A DNA stretch of 64,000 bases, from assembly GCA_963977015.1 (NCBI GenBank), contig CAXBMO010000001.1:1-64000 (forward strand). The letters run 5' to 3'. A program made the position numbers and the translations under genes. The DNA comes from an uncultured bacterium (lineage in GTDB: Bacteria; Verrucomicrobiota; Verrucomicrobiia; Verrucomicrobiales; DEV007). The notes beneath the pieces are model-generated. The model saw only the letters and a list, made by a program, of their open reading frames with translations, made no database searches and was not told where the DNA came from. Positions 1-9,881 of the stretch are shown in pieces (within the stretch, counting starts at the first letter, position 1; each line of letters opens with the position of its first letter).

Positions 1-52
1 GGGTAGCGCAGAACTTCAGTTTTCAAGTGTCCATTTTTCGGGAAACAGGTCA
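1..52. mobile_element. Probable terminal inverted repeat of an IS3-family insertion sequence; the rest of the element lies outside the window
   Basis: 28-52 reads TGTCCATTTTTCGGGAAACAGGTCA (reverse complement TGACCTGTTTCCCGAAAAATGGACA). This resembles IS3/IS150-type ends (TGA.CTG..CCC.AAAA.TGGACA). It lies at the window edge and cuts into the ORF that starts at 563. Confidence 0.55.
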
Positions 53-563
53 GAATTACAACTCTATGAACGTAGTTTTGTTCGTAGAAACGTGTTACCA
101 ACGCATCAGTCCTCCTCATGGAGGTTTCGAGTCGCTGAAGTGCTTCATGTAGGTTCCCATTCGCCTCTGCCCGTAACTCTTTGGCTTTCAATTGTGCCTG
201 TCGTGCCGCAAGTTGATTGACATTTCCGAAGGCGTTTGGAGTCATCCAATCCGCAGCTTTTGCATCTTGCCTGATCGCTTCATTTTCAATTTGCTCGCCA
301 TCTTCTTTTACTTTCCCAACCTGGTATTCAGCGGTAAAAATATCTCGAACCGTTTCTACAATCTCTGCAGCAGTTGCTTGCTCACTAAGGCTTGAGGTTT
401 TGGCTAGGGTGTTAAGTTGATGTATTGCTAGCTTAGCTGATGATAAGGATGGTTCTTCAAGTGGTTTAATGGCATAGTCTATCGGGTCACGTAGAGTTTG
501 TGCAGGCAGCGAACCTGCTAGTGAAAGAATCAAAGAGGAAATGATGTATATGTGATATTTCAT
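1..563 (-). CDS. Low-GC secreted hypothetical protein, 3'-truncated; probably interrupted by the IS end at 52
   Basis: Manual translation from ATG 563: MKYHIYIISSLILSLAGSLPAQTLRDPIDYAIKPLEE...; signal-peptide-like N-terminus, helical body, no stop before the window edge. Not in the ORF track. Lines 421 and 541 contain only 23/60 and 17/60 G+C. Confidence 0.7.
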   Translation of the reverse strand, partial: MKYHIYIISSLILSLAGSLPAQTLRDPIDYAIKPLEEPSLSSAKLAIHQLNTLAKTSSLSEQATAAEIVETVRDIFTAEYQVGKVKEDGEQIENEAIRQDAKAADWMTPNAFGNVNQLAARQAQLKAKELRAEANGNLHEALQRLETSMRRTDALVTRFYEQNYVHRVVILTCFPKNGHLKTEVLRY

Positions 564-920
564 TAATTCAAAACGTTGGGAAATTTTAACATATCGTCGC
601 TTGGATGACTGAGTGCCTCAGACACAAGTTTTGTGCCATCTAAAGCCCTTTGATAGCCACCTGCCGCCTAACACGGCACCCAAGCATACTTGGGCTTGGT
701 GGTCAAAAAAACGATGATTTAATTTGGCTTCAGCCTCAGCGAAGTTGAGGTGTCTTGCTGCATTACCAGGGGTTGGGAGTGGTTAACCGAAAATGCGTCG
801 TTTTTTGCCGACGAGATTTTGATGCTGAAGCTTCGCTCTCTAGACTTTGGGGATTGATTGATCGCTCTTCCCGGTGTGAAATATTGGCAACGCTCCTCCC
901 GTGATACTCGGTGACTCTTC

Positions 921-2351
921 GTGAACGAAAATCCCTCCATGCTGCAAACGCGCCGCCAACTCTTCCAAAACGTTGGAATGGGAGTGGGCGGTTATGCGCT
1001 GCATTCGTTGCTGGCGCAGGATGCGATGGGGGCGGGGAAGGCACCGGCGATGCATCATGCGGCGAAGGCGAAGAACGTGATCTACATTCACCTGGTGGGC
1101 GCGGCCTCGCATTTGGATCTTTTCGATTACAAGCCGGAGCTGCAAAAGCGGACGGGCCAGCTTTGCCCGGATGAGATGTTCGTCGGGAAGCAACTCGCGT
1201 TCATTCGTTCCCAGCCCAAGCTTTTGGGGACGCCGACCAATGACGAGAAGTTCGCCTTCAAACAGGTGGGCGACAACGGGATGCATATTTCGAACTTGAT
1301 GCCGCATCTTCAGGGCGTGGCGGACGATCTTTGCTTCATTCGGACGCTCCAAACCGAGCAATTCAATCACGCACCGGCTCAGATGTTTTTGCTGACGGGG
1401 TTCAACCGGTTCGGCAGACCCAGCATTGGTTCCTGGGCGAGTTACGGAATCGGGAGTGAAAACCAAAACCTCCCCGGTTTCGTTGTTCTCGTGACCGGCC
1501 AGGTACTGGGAGCAGGGAACTCGGCCTGGGGAAGCGGCTTTCTGCCGACGGTACATCAGGGCATCGAGTTTCGCAGTCAGGGCGATCCGGTGCTGTTCCT
1601 GAGCAATCCCAAAGGAATGAGCGACAACGATCGCAAGACGACCGTGGATTCGATCAACCATCTCAACAAGCTGGCGCTCGACGATATTGGCGATCCGGAA
1701 ATCGCGACTCGAATCAGTCAATACGAGATGGCGTATCGGATGCAGAGCAGCGTTCCCGAACTGATGGATATTGAGTCCGAGCCCAAATCGATTCACGAGA
1801 TGTATGGCACCCAACCCGGGAAGACCAGCTTTGCGAACAACTGCCTGCTCGCCCGGAGGATGGTGGAGCGCGGTGTCCGATTCGTCCAACTCTTCGATCA
1901 AGGCTGGGATCATCACGGCAATGTGTTTGGCTCTCTTCCCAAAAAGGCGGCGCAGGTGGATCAACCGATTGCGGCCCTCATCACCGATCTCAAAGATCGC
2001 GGACTTCTCGACGAGACTTTGATTGTCTGGAGCGCGGAATTCGGCCGGACGCCAATGGCGCAGGGGTCGACCGGGAATGGAAGCACGGTTTCCAAAGCGG
2101 GACGCGATCACCACAAGGAAGCATTCACCGTCTGGATGGCCGGAGGTGGCACCAAGGGCGGTCACGTGTATGGGCAAACGGATGAACTCGGCTATCAGGC
2201 TGCGGAGAATCCGGTCCACGTTCATGACTTCAACGCCACCATTCTCCATCTTCTCGGCATCGATCACGAACGGCTCACCTTTCGCTACCAGGGGCGGAAT
2301 TTCCGCCTGACCGATGTTCACGGTCACGTGCTCAAAGACTTGATTGCGTGA
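921..2351 (+). CDS. DUF1501 domain-containing protein with Tat-like N-terminus
   Basis: TRRQLF Tat-like motif; [72 protein letters not shown] start. Confidence 0.9.
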   Translation: MNENPSMLQTRRQLFQNVGMGVGGYALHSLLAQDAMGAGKAPAMHHAAKAKNVIYIHLVGAASHLDLFDYKPELQKRTGQLCPDEMFVGKQLAFIRSQPKLLGTPTNDEKFAFKQVGDNGMHISNLMPHLQGVADDLCFIRTLQTEQFNHAPAQMFLLTGFNRFGRPSIGSWASYGIGSENQNLPGFVVLVTGQVLGAGNSAWGSGFLPTVHQGIEFRSQGDPVLFLSNPKGMSDNDRKTTVDSINHLNKLALDDIGDPEIATRISQYEMAYRMQSSVPELMDIESEPKSIHEMYGTQPGKTSFANNCLLARRMVERGVRFVQLFDQGWDHHGNVFGSLPKKAAQVDQPIAALITDLKDRGLLDETLIVWSAEFGRTPMAQGSTGNGSTVSKAGRDHHKEAFTVWMAGGGTKGGHVYGQTDELGYQAAENPVHVHDFNATILHLLGIDHERLTFRYQGRNFRLTDVHGHVLKDLIA

Positions 2352-2385
2352 TCCGTCGTGGTGTCGTTTAGTCGCCCAGCCTCAC

Positions 2386-5313
2386 GTGAATCCAAACCTC
2401 CATCAACTCGCCGAGTCGCTTGCGGGCGACCTCTTTTTTGACGAAACCATGCGGACGCTTTATGCGACCGATGCGTCTGCTTATCAGGAAATGCCGCTCG
2501 CCGTGGCGATTCCGAAAACCGAGGAAGATCTCGAAAAGCTGATCGAGTTTGCGCGCGCCAATCGGGTGGGGTTGATTCCGCGAACGGCTGGGACTTCGCT
2601 GGCCGGGCAGGTCGTTGGCAAGGGGATCGTGGTGGACGTTTCGCGACATTTCACGAAGATTCTGGAGATCAACGCGGAAGAAGGTTGGGTGCGGGTGCAG
2701 CCGGGGGTGATTCGCAATGAACTGAACATGGCGCTCGCTCCACATGGGCTGCTGTTTGGGCCGGAAACGTCGACGGCCAATCGCGCGATGGTCGGCGGGA
2801 TGCTGGGGAACAACTCCTGCGGCTCCAACTCCATTGTGTATGGAAGCACGCGGGATCACACGTTGGAGGTTACGGGGTTTTTGAGCGATGGAACAAAGAC
2901 GTCGTTTTGCGCGCTGTCACCGGCTGAGTTTGAAGCGAAATGCGGTGGGGAAAGCGGTCTCGAAACCCAGGTTTACCAGAAGGCGCGGGAGATTTTCTCC
3001 GATCCTGAGAATCGGGCTGAGATCGAGCGGGAGTTTCCCAAACCCGAGATCAATCGACGCAATACGGGCTACGCGATTGATCTGCTCGCGGATTACTGGA
3101 CGAACGAGGATGATGAGCAACGGCGTTTCGACTTCTGCAAGCTGATCGCCGGATCGGAGGGAACGCTCTTTTTGACAACGGAGATCAAGCTGCATTGCGA
3201 CCCGCTCCCACCGCCGGTGTCGGGATTGCTTTGCGGGCATTTCGAAACGATCGACGACGCCTTGAAAGCGACGGTGATCGCGGTGGAACACGGCCCGTAT
3301 GCCTGTGAACTCATTGATGACATCATTCTCGGTTGCGCGGGGAATAACATTGAGCAGCGCAAGAATATGGACTTCGTGGAAGGGAAACCACGGGCGATTC
3401 TGGTGGTGGATATTCGCGGAGAAACTGAGGCTGAGGTTCGAAAGGTAACCGATGCCGTGGCGCGTGAATGGCGGGAGGCGAAATTTGGTTATGCCTACCC
3501 GGTTTTGTTTGGTGAGGATACCGGGAAGGTCTGGGAGTTGCGCAAGGCTGGCCTGGGCGTGATGAACAACATGCCGGGCGATGCGAAGCCGGCGCCGGTG
3601 ATTGAGGATACGGCGGTCGCGGTTCCTGACCTGCCGGGTTACATCGCGGAATTCACGACGCATTTAAAGAACGCCTACGGCCTTGAATGCGTTCACTACG
3701 CCCATGCGGGAAGCGGCGAAATTCATCTGCGCCCGATTCTGAATCTCAAGACGAAGGAAGGGAACGCGCTCTTTCGGAAAGTGGCGCAGGACATCGCGGT
3801 GCTGGTGAAGAAATACCGGGGTTCCCTCAGTGGTGAGCATGGTGACGGCAGATTGCGTGGTGAGTTTCTTCGCCAGATGATCGGTGACAGGAATTATGCG
3901 CTGGTTGAGGAGATCAAGCACACGTGGGATCCCCTCAATATCTTCAACCCGAACAAGATCATCGATACGCCGTCGATGAATACGAGCCTTCGCTACGAAC
4001 CCGGCGTCGAACAGCGCGAAGTCGCGACCGTCCTCAATTTCAGCGGAACGGATGGAATCATTCGTGCGGCGGAACTCTGCAACGGTTCCGGAGATTGCCG
4101 CAAGACCCAACTCACCGGCGGCACAATGTGCCCCAGTTACATGGCGACCCGGAATGAAAAGGATACGACCCGGGCCCGCGCCAATATCCTGCGCAATGTT
4201 CTCACCAAAAGCACGGAAGCAAACCCGTTTGATAGCGAGGAGATCCATGAGGTGATGGATCTCTGTTTGTCTTGCAAGGGGTGCAAGGCGGAATGTCCGT
4301 CCAACGTGGATGTTGGGAAAATGAAGGCCGAGTTCCTCCAGGGTTACTACGACGCCAATGGAGTTCCGCTCCGCACCAAATTGATCTCCGATTTTGCGAG
4401 TCAGGCCAAATTGGCGAGTCGCGTTCCGTGGGCTTACAACGCGTTGATCTCCAATCCGATTACGGGAGGCGCGTTTCGGAAATTTGCCGGGTTTGCGGCG
4501 GAACGAAGCCTTCCGCCGATGAGCAACCCGACTCTCGGGGCGTGGCTGGAGCGAAGGCCGGGAAACCGTGAGGGACGCGTCGTCTATCTGTTTAATGACG
4601 AGTTTACGAATTTTCTGGATGCCGGGATCGGGATCAAGACGGTGCAGTTGTTGGAGTTGTTGGGATACCAGGTCAAGTTTCCACCGCATCAGGAGAGCGG
4701 ACGAGCGGCGCTTTCCAAAGGCCTGCTTCGGAAGGCCCGCGAATTTGCAACGACGAACGTGAAGGCGCTGGCCGAGCTCGTTTCGGAGGAAACGCCGTTA
4801 TTGGGCATTGAGCCGTCGGCCATCCTTTCGTTTCGCGACGAGTATCCTGACCTGGTCTCTGAAGAGCTTCGGGAGCGTGCCGCCCAGTTGGGCGAGAACT
4901 GCCTGTTGATTGATGAGTTCATTGCCCGGGAGATGGATGCCGGTCGAATCCGGCCGGAACAGTTTTCCAGCGCTGAAAAGACGATCAAACTTCATGGGCA
5001 TTGTCATCAGAAAGCTCTCGCTTCGCTAACACCGACAGTGAGAATGCTGGAGTTGCCGGCGAACTACAGCGTGCAGCTCATTCCTTCGGGGTGTTGTGGA
5101 ATGGCGGGTTCGTTTGGTTATGAAGCGGAGCATTTTGACGTGTCGATGGCGATCGGCGAACTGGTGCTTTTCCCGACCATTCGCAAGGCCCGTCCCGAGG
5201 TGGTGATTGCGGCACCGGGAACCAGCTGTCGTCACCAGATCAAAGATGGAACCGGACGAACGGCGTTTCACCCTGTGGAGATCTTGTGGGAAGCGTTGGT
5301 GGAAAGCAGATAG
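2386..5313 (+). CDS. FAD-binding and (Fe-S)-binding oxidoreductase (YdiJ / D-2-hydroxyacid dehydrogenase family)
   Basis: YATDASAY, PRTAGTSLAGQ, SGEHGDG, CNGSGDC, MCPSY, CLSCKGCKAECP, HGHCHQ, CCGMAGSFG, GTSCRHQI. GTG 2386 is the likelier start than 2344. Confidence 0.9.
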   Translation: MNPNLHQLAESLAGDLFFDETMRTLYATDASAYQEMPLAVAIPKTEEDLEKLIEFARANRVGLIPRTAGTSLAGQVVGKGIVVDVSRHFTKILEINAEEGWVRVQPGVIRNELNMALAPHGLLFGPETSTANRAMVGGMLGNNSCGSNSIVYGSTRDHTLEVTGFLSDGTKTSFCALSPAEFEAKCGGESGLETQVYQKAREIFSDPENRAEIEREFPKPEINRRNTGYAIDLLADYWTNEDDEQRRFDFCKLIAGSEGTLFLTTEIKLHCDPLPPPVSGLLCGHFETIDDALKATVIAVEHGPYACELIDDIILGCAGNNIEQRKNMDFVEGKPRAILVVDIRGETEAEVRKVTDAVAREWREAKFGYAYPVLFGEDTGKVWELRKAGLGVMNNMPGDAKPAPVIEDTAVAVPDLPGYIAEFTTHLKNAYGLECVHYAHAGSGEIHLRPILNLKTKEGNALFRKVAQDIAVLVKKYRGSLSGEHGDGRLRGEFLRQMIGDRNYALVEEIKHTWDPLNIFNPNKIIDTPSMNTSLRYEPGVEQREVATVLNFSGTDGIIRAAELCNGSGDCRKTQLTGGTMCPSYMATRNEKDTTRARANILRNVLTKSTEANPFDSEEIHEVMDLCLSCKGCKAECPSNVDVGKMKAEFLQGYYDANGVPLRTKLISDFASQAKLASRVPWAYNALISNPITGGAFRKFAGFAAERSLPPMSNPTLGAWLERRPGNREGRVVYLFNDEFTNFLDAGIGIKTVQLLELLGYQVKFPPHQESGRAALSKGLLRKAREFATTNVKALAELVSEETPLLGIEPSAILSFRDEYPDLVSEELRERAAQLGENCLLIDEFIAREMDAGRIRPEQFSSAEKTIKLHGHCHQKALASLTPTVRMLELPANYSVQLIPSGCCGMAGSFGYEAEHFDVSMAIGELVLFPTIRKARPEVVIAAPGTSCRHQIKDGTGRTAFHPVEILWEALVESR

Positions 5314-5375
5314 CAGCCCGGATTTCAGGCCAACTGGCATTGGACAATCTGAGTTTCCTGCGCCAAGTGCCGACG

Positions 5376-5729
5376 ATGACTGAATCTGACGCAACATACA
5401 CCGAACTTCCGAGTGGTCTGAAGTATCGCGAAATTACGGAAGGGAAAGGTGACAAGCCCACCGCCAAGAGCATGGTGACGGTGCATTACGAAGGCACGTT
5501 CGAAGACGGTGAGGTGTTTGATAGCTCCCATCAGCGTGGAGAACCAGCCACTTTTCCGCTCGGTGGAGTGATTGCCGGATGGACCGAAGGCGTTCAACTC
5601 ATGAACCCGGGTTCCAAGTTTCAGTTCATCATTCCTCACCAATTGGCCTATGGCGAGGATGGGATGGGTGACGTGATCCCTCCCTACGAAACGCTCCATT
5701 TTGAAATCGAACTCCTCAACTTTAAATAA
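5376..5729 (+). CDS. FKBP-type peptidyl-prolyl cis-trans isomerase
   Basis: SGLKY, VTVHYEG, FDSS, VIAGWTEG, IPHQLAYG, IPP..TLHFEIEL; ATG 5376. Confidence 0.93.
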   Translation: MTESDATYTELPSGLKYREITEGKGDKPTAKSMVTVHYEGTFEDGEVFDSSHQRGEPATFPLGGVIAGWTEGVQLMNPGSKFQFIIPHQLAYGEDGMGDVIPPYETLHFEIELLNFK

Positions 5730-5737
5730 TTCGCGCC

Positions 5738-6037
5738 ATGTTAGCTGTTGTTGTGATGATTGATGCCGTTCCGGGCAAGGAAGACGATTTGATTTCTGCG
5801 TTGGAGCACAACGCCGTGGGATCGCGCGCTGAACCTACCTGTTTGAAGTGGGAATGGTCTCGCCATATTTCCGATCCCGGCAAATTCGCGATCTATGAAC
5901 TTTACACTGACGAAGCGGCATTCGCGGCTCACAAGGCCAGCGAGCACTTTGCCGAGTGGAAGAAGATGAGCGAAGACGCGATCGCCACGAAGGTGGCCGG
6001 CCAATACGAAGTGCTCGGCGAGGACTCGCGGTCCTGA
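5738..6037 (+). CDS. ABM-family (antibiotic biosynthesis monooxygenase / LsrG-like) protein
   Basis: 99 aa; SRAEPTCL, F.IYELYTDEAAFAAHKASEHF. Confidence 0.85.
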   Translation: MLAVVVMIDAVPGKEDDLISALEHNAVGSRAEPTCLKWEWSRHISDPGKFAIYELYTDEAAFAAHKASEHFAEWKKMSEDAIATKVAGQYEVLGEDSRS

Positions 6038-6044
6038 GTATCTC

Positions 6045-8321
6045 TTATTTAAAACGCTGAAAAAGTCCGTTAATCGCGATGTTGGGTGACTCGAGCCCGG
6101 CTTCGCGGATCTGGGTGCGTTTGGGTTCTGAAAAGGTGCCAATCATCAGGTGGTGCATCAGGATGAGCGCGTTGTTCGTTGTGTCAGGCTGTTCCGGAAT
6201 CGCCACGGTGCGATCCGGCCCCATCGACGCAATCCAGTCGTGAAGCAGGAGAACGCCCGCATCGTCGACCGTTGAGCAACCCAGCATGGGCATGTGCCCG
6301 ACGCCTTCCGTTGCGGCGCGGTAGTAGACCACGGAGTTGTAGGGATCGCCGGGCGCGATGAGTTTGGCCGCGTTGAGGCCAAAGCCGCCTTTGACCGGAT
6401 CGGTTCCCAGCAGGTTCATTTGGTCGAGTGGCGCTTGCGCGTTCATGTGGATCGGGACCGAACCGCCACCGGAAAATCGGTGGCAGTGGGAGCAGTTCGC
6501 GTGGAGCCAGGAACGCGCGCGAAGTCCCAACGATTCGGTTTCGTCACTCGGCGATACCAAGGGCTGTTTTTCGGCGGCTTCCAGAAAGGTGTCATCGACC
6601 ATGCCGATCTGATGGAATCGCTGGAGTTGACCGTCGCGATTGAGCTGGCCGGGAAGAAACGCCAGGGTTCGGGTGAAGTTTCCGGCATGACATCGCGTGC
6701 ATTCCGCCCGGCTGTGGAAACGCCATGGCCGCCCTTCAATCATCTCCGTGCCGCCCTCGGGGCCAACCAACTCGGCATCGGTGCCTGATTGGTTCCAGGC
6801 ATAGGAGTATCCATTCCAGAAATCGTCAAAGTGGAGAATCTGCGTTTCGACGTTGCGGCCATCCAGTTCGAGCGTTTTGACCAACACCATGTCCTGCGGC
6901 TTGGTGGTGCGAAACATGGGAACGGCGACTTTGGGATTGAACTGGGTTTTCAACCCTTCGTCGCCGGGGATCGCGACCCAATACCGCGAGGTCGCTCCGT
7001 CCTGCCACATGGGCGCCTGGATTTTGAATTCATAGACGCCGTCCTCAGGTTCGAGCGTGGCAACATCTTTGAAGACGCCGGTTTGGCTGAGGCGAACGGG
7101 GAAATCGTGAATTTCTTCGGGCTCGGGCGTTGGAACGAGGCGCTGCAGAGTCTGGTCGGTCGGCCAATCGAGGAAAACGACTTCTCCGTTGGAGGCTTGC
7201 CCGAAACTGACGATCTGCTTGCGGGTATCGGCGATCCACTCGTTTCGCGTGATGGTCTTGCCGTCATCCCAGAGCGCCCAGACTCGGCCGGTGACGAAAT
7301 CCCCGTAAAGATAGGCGCCATCCAATCCCGGAAGTCGCGAGGTCTCGGAAACGTAGCCTCCCGTGATCGAAGCTCCTTCCGCATGACTGTAGTAATGCGT
7401 GGGAGGCGAGATCACCGAAGGTCCCATGTTCTGGAGCGGTTTGATTGGCTGCGGTCCTTCCACGATCGACCAACCGTAGTTCCCGCCGCGCTTCACGCGA
7501 TAGAGCATCTCCCAGAGTTCCCAGCCGACGTCGCCGACCCAAAGATCGTTCGTTCGCGGATGAAAACACAGCTTCCAAGGATTTCGAAGTCCGTAGGCCC
7601 AGATTTCAGGGCGGGTTCCATCCAGGCTGACGAAGGGATTGTCGGGCGGAATCCGGTAATTCAAACCTGGGTCGCGTTGGTCGACGTCGATGCGAAGAAC
7701 TGACGAAAGCAGGTCCGAGGTATCCTGGCCGGTATCGCGGGGATCGGGAGGAGAGGGGACTTCGCCGTCGCCTGCGAGAATGTAGAGCATTCCGTCCGGC
7801 CCAAAGCCAAGATGTCCTCCGTTGTGACCGCCGCTCAACCACGTCAGCAGAATTTCCTCCGAATCCGGGGCGAGTTTGAGATCGTTTGGCTGGACGCTGA
7901 AGCGCGAAATCCGCGTCCCATCGTCGAGTTTGGAGCTGATTCGGTAAAAGAGATAGACCTCATGGTTTTCCTCAAACCGGGGGTGAAAAGCCATCCCAAA
8001 AATCGATTCAAACTCCGGAAGGTCGCTCATCAAATCGGCAAACAGCCTCGGTTGAGGAGTTTTTTCGTCCAGATTTCCAGGAAGAATCCAGATTTTTCCC
8101 TTCTGCTCGACCACGAACATCAGGTCGCGGCTGGGGAGCCGGGCGATGTCGAGGGCCTTCTCGAATTTCAAGGCCGGCCAAACCGGCTCCGCAGAATAGG
8201 CGAGGGGAGGCTCGGGGGATCCTTTGAGGCGGGAACTGGTCCACGGGAGGCGTTCTTCAGCTTTGACAAAGGGGGAAACGGGGAAGATTAGGGCGAGGGC
8301 GACGAATCGCGCAGAGATCAT
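6045..8321 (-). CDS. Secreted PQQ-dependent glucose/sorbosone dehydrogenase-family protein with C-terminal c-type cytochrome region
   Basis: Signal peptide; AFHPRF, HNGGHLGFGPDGMLY, EIWAYGLRNPW, GDVG, NYGW; two CxxCH motifs (CTRCH, CSHCH). Confidence 0.85.
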   Translation of the reverse strand: MISARFVALALIFPVSPFVKAEERLPWTSSRLKGSPEPPLAYSAEPVWPALKFEKALDIARLPSRDLMFVVEQKGKIWILPGNLDEKTPQPRLFADLMSDLPEFESIFGMAFHPRFEENHEVYLFYRISSKLDDGTRISRFSVQPNDLKLAPDSEEILLTWLSGGHNGGHLGFGPDGMLYILAGDGEVPSPPDPRDTGQDTSDLLSSVLRIDVDQRDPGLNYRIPPDNPFVSLDGTRPEIWAYGLRNPWKLCFHPRTNDLWVGDVGWELWEMLYRVKRGGNYGWSIVEGPQPIKPLQNMGPSVISPPTHYYSHAEGASITGGYVSETSRLPGLDGAYLYGDFVTGRVWALWDDGKTITRNEWIADTRKQIVSFGQASNGEVVFLDWPTDQTLQRLVPTPEPEEIHDFPVRLSQTGVFKDVATLEPEDGVYEFKIQAPMWQDGATSRYWVAIPGDEGLKTQFNPKVAVPMFRTTKPQDMVLVKTLELDGRNVETQILHFDDFWNGYSYAWNQSGTDAELVGPEGGTEMIEGRPWRFHSRAECTRCHAGNFTRTLAFLPGQLNRDGQLQRFHQIGMVDDTFLEAAEKQPLVSPSDETESLGLRARSWLHANCSHCHRFSGGGSVPIHMNAQAPLDQMNLLGTDPVKGGFGLNAAKLIAPGDPYNSVVYYRAATEGVGHMPMLGCSTVDDAGVLLLHDWIASMGPDRTVAIPEQPDTTNNALILMHHLMIGTFSEPKRTQIREAGLESPNIAINGLFQRFK

Positions 8322-8439
8322 TCCTCAGTCTGGCGAAGAATCCAGGGAATGGCAAGTGACGGCGGCGCGCCGAATAAAGTTGGTGTTTGCGTCAGGGGCA
8401 ATAGTTGACCTCACCGTAGTTTTGGGGTCTTCTATCCGC

Positions 8440-9387
8440 ATGATGCGCGGCACGGTTTCCATCCTTATCGCTTTTGGAATGCTTTTTTCCGGATTGTCGG
8501 CTGATGGCGATTCTGCAGGCTGGGGAGACGATTTTGAGATGGCATCCTCGCGGGCCGCGAAGTCGGGAAAAGACCTCTTGATTTGTTTTACGGCGAAAGA
8601 GGCGAATGCCATTTGTCGTCAGTTTGAGAGGGAGTTCCTGGGGAGAGCGGATTTGGTGGGGCCACTTCGGGAAACCTTCGAGATGGTGTGGTTTGACGTC
8701 AGCAGCGAATCGGGCAAGAACGACGACGAGTCGACTTCGCTGGAGCTGCGTCGTCGCTATGAAGTCGATGCTTTCCCGACTGTCGTGTTGGCGGATTCCC
8801 AGGCAATACCCTACGCCTACACCGGGTTTCGGCCGGGTGGAACAAAGAGTTATCCGGATCATTTGATCAACTTGCGACAGCGGCATGAGAGTCAATTACG
8901 GCTCTTCAAGGCGGCAGAACGAGCCAAAGGAGTCGAGAGAGCCCGGTTTTTGGCCAAGGCAATTCCGGAGTTGGGAGGACAGCGCTCGGCGAAGTTTTAT
9001 GGCGATGTAATGCGCGAAATCGTGAAATTGGACCCGAATGACGAGTCGGGGGTTGTTCAGCCGCTCAAGCTGGAACTGGCTGATTTGGAGTATGTCAGGA
9101 AGATGCAGGAGTTGGACAAGGAAGTTCGCTGGTCGGAAATGGTGGATCTGACCAATGCCTACATTGAAGATTACGAGCTAACAGGAAGCCGAAGGCAGGC
9201 TGCGTTGATGAATCGCTTTGATATCCATCGGCGTCAGGCCAATCTGCGGGCAATGCTTACGACCTTGGCCCAGGTGGTTGAGATCAATCAATACAATCAT
9301 CATGGGCGTCAGGCGAAGGACATTCTCAAGACGATGACCGATGAGTTGCAAATGCAGCAAGTTTTGCAAAGCGTCCCCGCACCGTGA
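8440..9387 (+). CDS. Secreted thioredoxin-fold protein (degenerate CxxC) with helical C-terminus
   Basis: Signal peptide; W..DF..A...A....K.LL..FT pattern and Y.V.AFPTVVLAD cis-Pro motif; ATG 8440. Confidence 0.7.
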   Translation: MMRGTVSILIAFGMLFSGLSADGDSAGWGDDFEMASSRAAKSGKDLLICFTAKEANAICRQFEREFLGRADLVGPLRETFEMVWFDVSSESGKNDDESTSLELRRRYEVDAFPTVVLADSQAIPYAYTGFRPGGTKSYPDHLINLRQRHESQLRLFKAAERAKGVERARFLAKAIPELGGQRSAKFYGDVMREIVKLDPNDESGVVQPLKLELADLEYVRKMQELDKEVRWSEMVDLTNAYIEDYELTGSRRQAALMNRFDIHRRQANLRAMLTTLAQVVEINQYNHHGRQAKDILKTMTDELQMQQVLQSVPAP

Positions 9388-9421
9388 ATGGAAGCCTTTC
9401 GTCAATCGACCAACTTTCGCC

Positions 9422-9877
9422 ATGAAACATGATTCCAAGGACAACCTCGCATCATTCAGGACGGTTCGCTGCTGTGCGTTGTTGATCGTTGGTTTGGTGG
9501 GATGTGAATCGATGGATGTCGTATCGACCGATGGACCGGTTGTAACTCCCGATCACAGTCTCCCCAAACATGAGTATCCTTTCGATTCATCGGGCCGATA
9601 CCGCGAGGATTGGGTGAAAACCCCTCGCGGAGTCGAGGGCGGAACTTCAGGGCGTGGTTCATCTTCAGCCTCGAAATCCCGTAGCAGCGAGAGTTCCAGC
9701 CGACAAACCGTCGCTTCGGTTGGGACCAGAAGCGGATCCCGCTATCACACCGTGGTTCGAGGCGACACGCTGTGGGGGATCAGTCGCCGCTACGGAGTCT
9801 CGGTTGGCGCGTTGAAATCGGCGAACAAGCTCAGCTCTGACCTGGTTCGCACCGGGCAAACGCTGAGGATTCCCTAA
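9422..9877 (+). CDS. LysM peptidoglycan-binding lipoprotein
   Basis: Lipobox LVGC; Ser-rich linker; C-terminal YHTVVRGDTLWGISRRYGVSV..LK.AN.L....V..GQ.L.IP. Confidence 0.88.
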   Translation: MKHDSKDNLASFRTVRCCALLIVGLVGCESMDVVSTDGPVVTPDHSLPKHEYPFDSSGRYREDWVKTPRGVEGGTSGRGSSSASKSRSSESSSRQTVASVGTRSGSRYHTVVRGDTLWGISRRYGVSVGALKSANKLSSDLVRTGQTLRIP

Positions 9878-9881
9878 GTGC

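Noticed and set aside
666-750. Integron attC/attI core (GTTAGGC on minus strand) upstream of the low-GC gene
   Set aside because: No matching inverse core or long imperfect palindrome found, and no integrase in the window.
840-2327. Long antisense ORFs (e.g. 840-2327, 34573-35646, 52207-53970) and N-terminal extensions such as 34219 and 56267
   Set aside because: They shadow well-supported genes on the opposite strand and carry no recognisable motifs; expected in GC-rich DNA.
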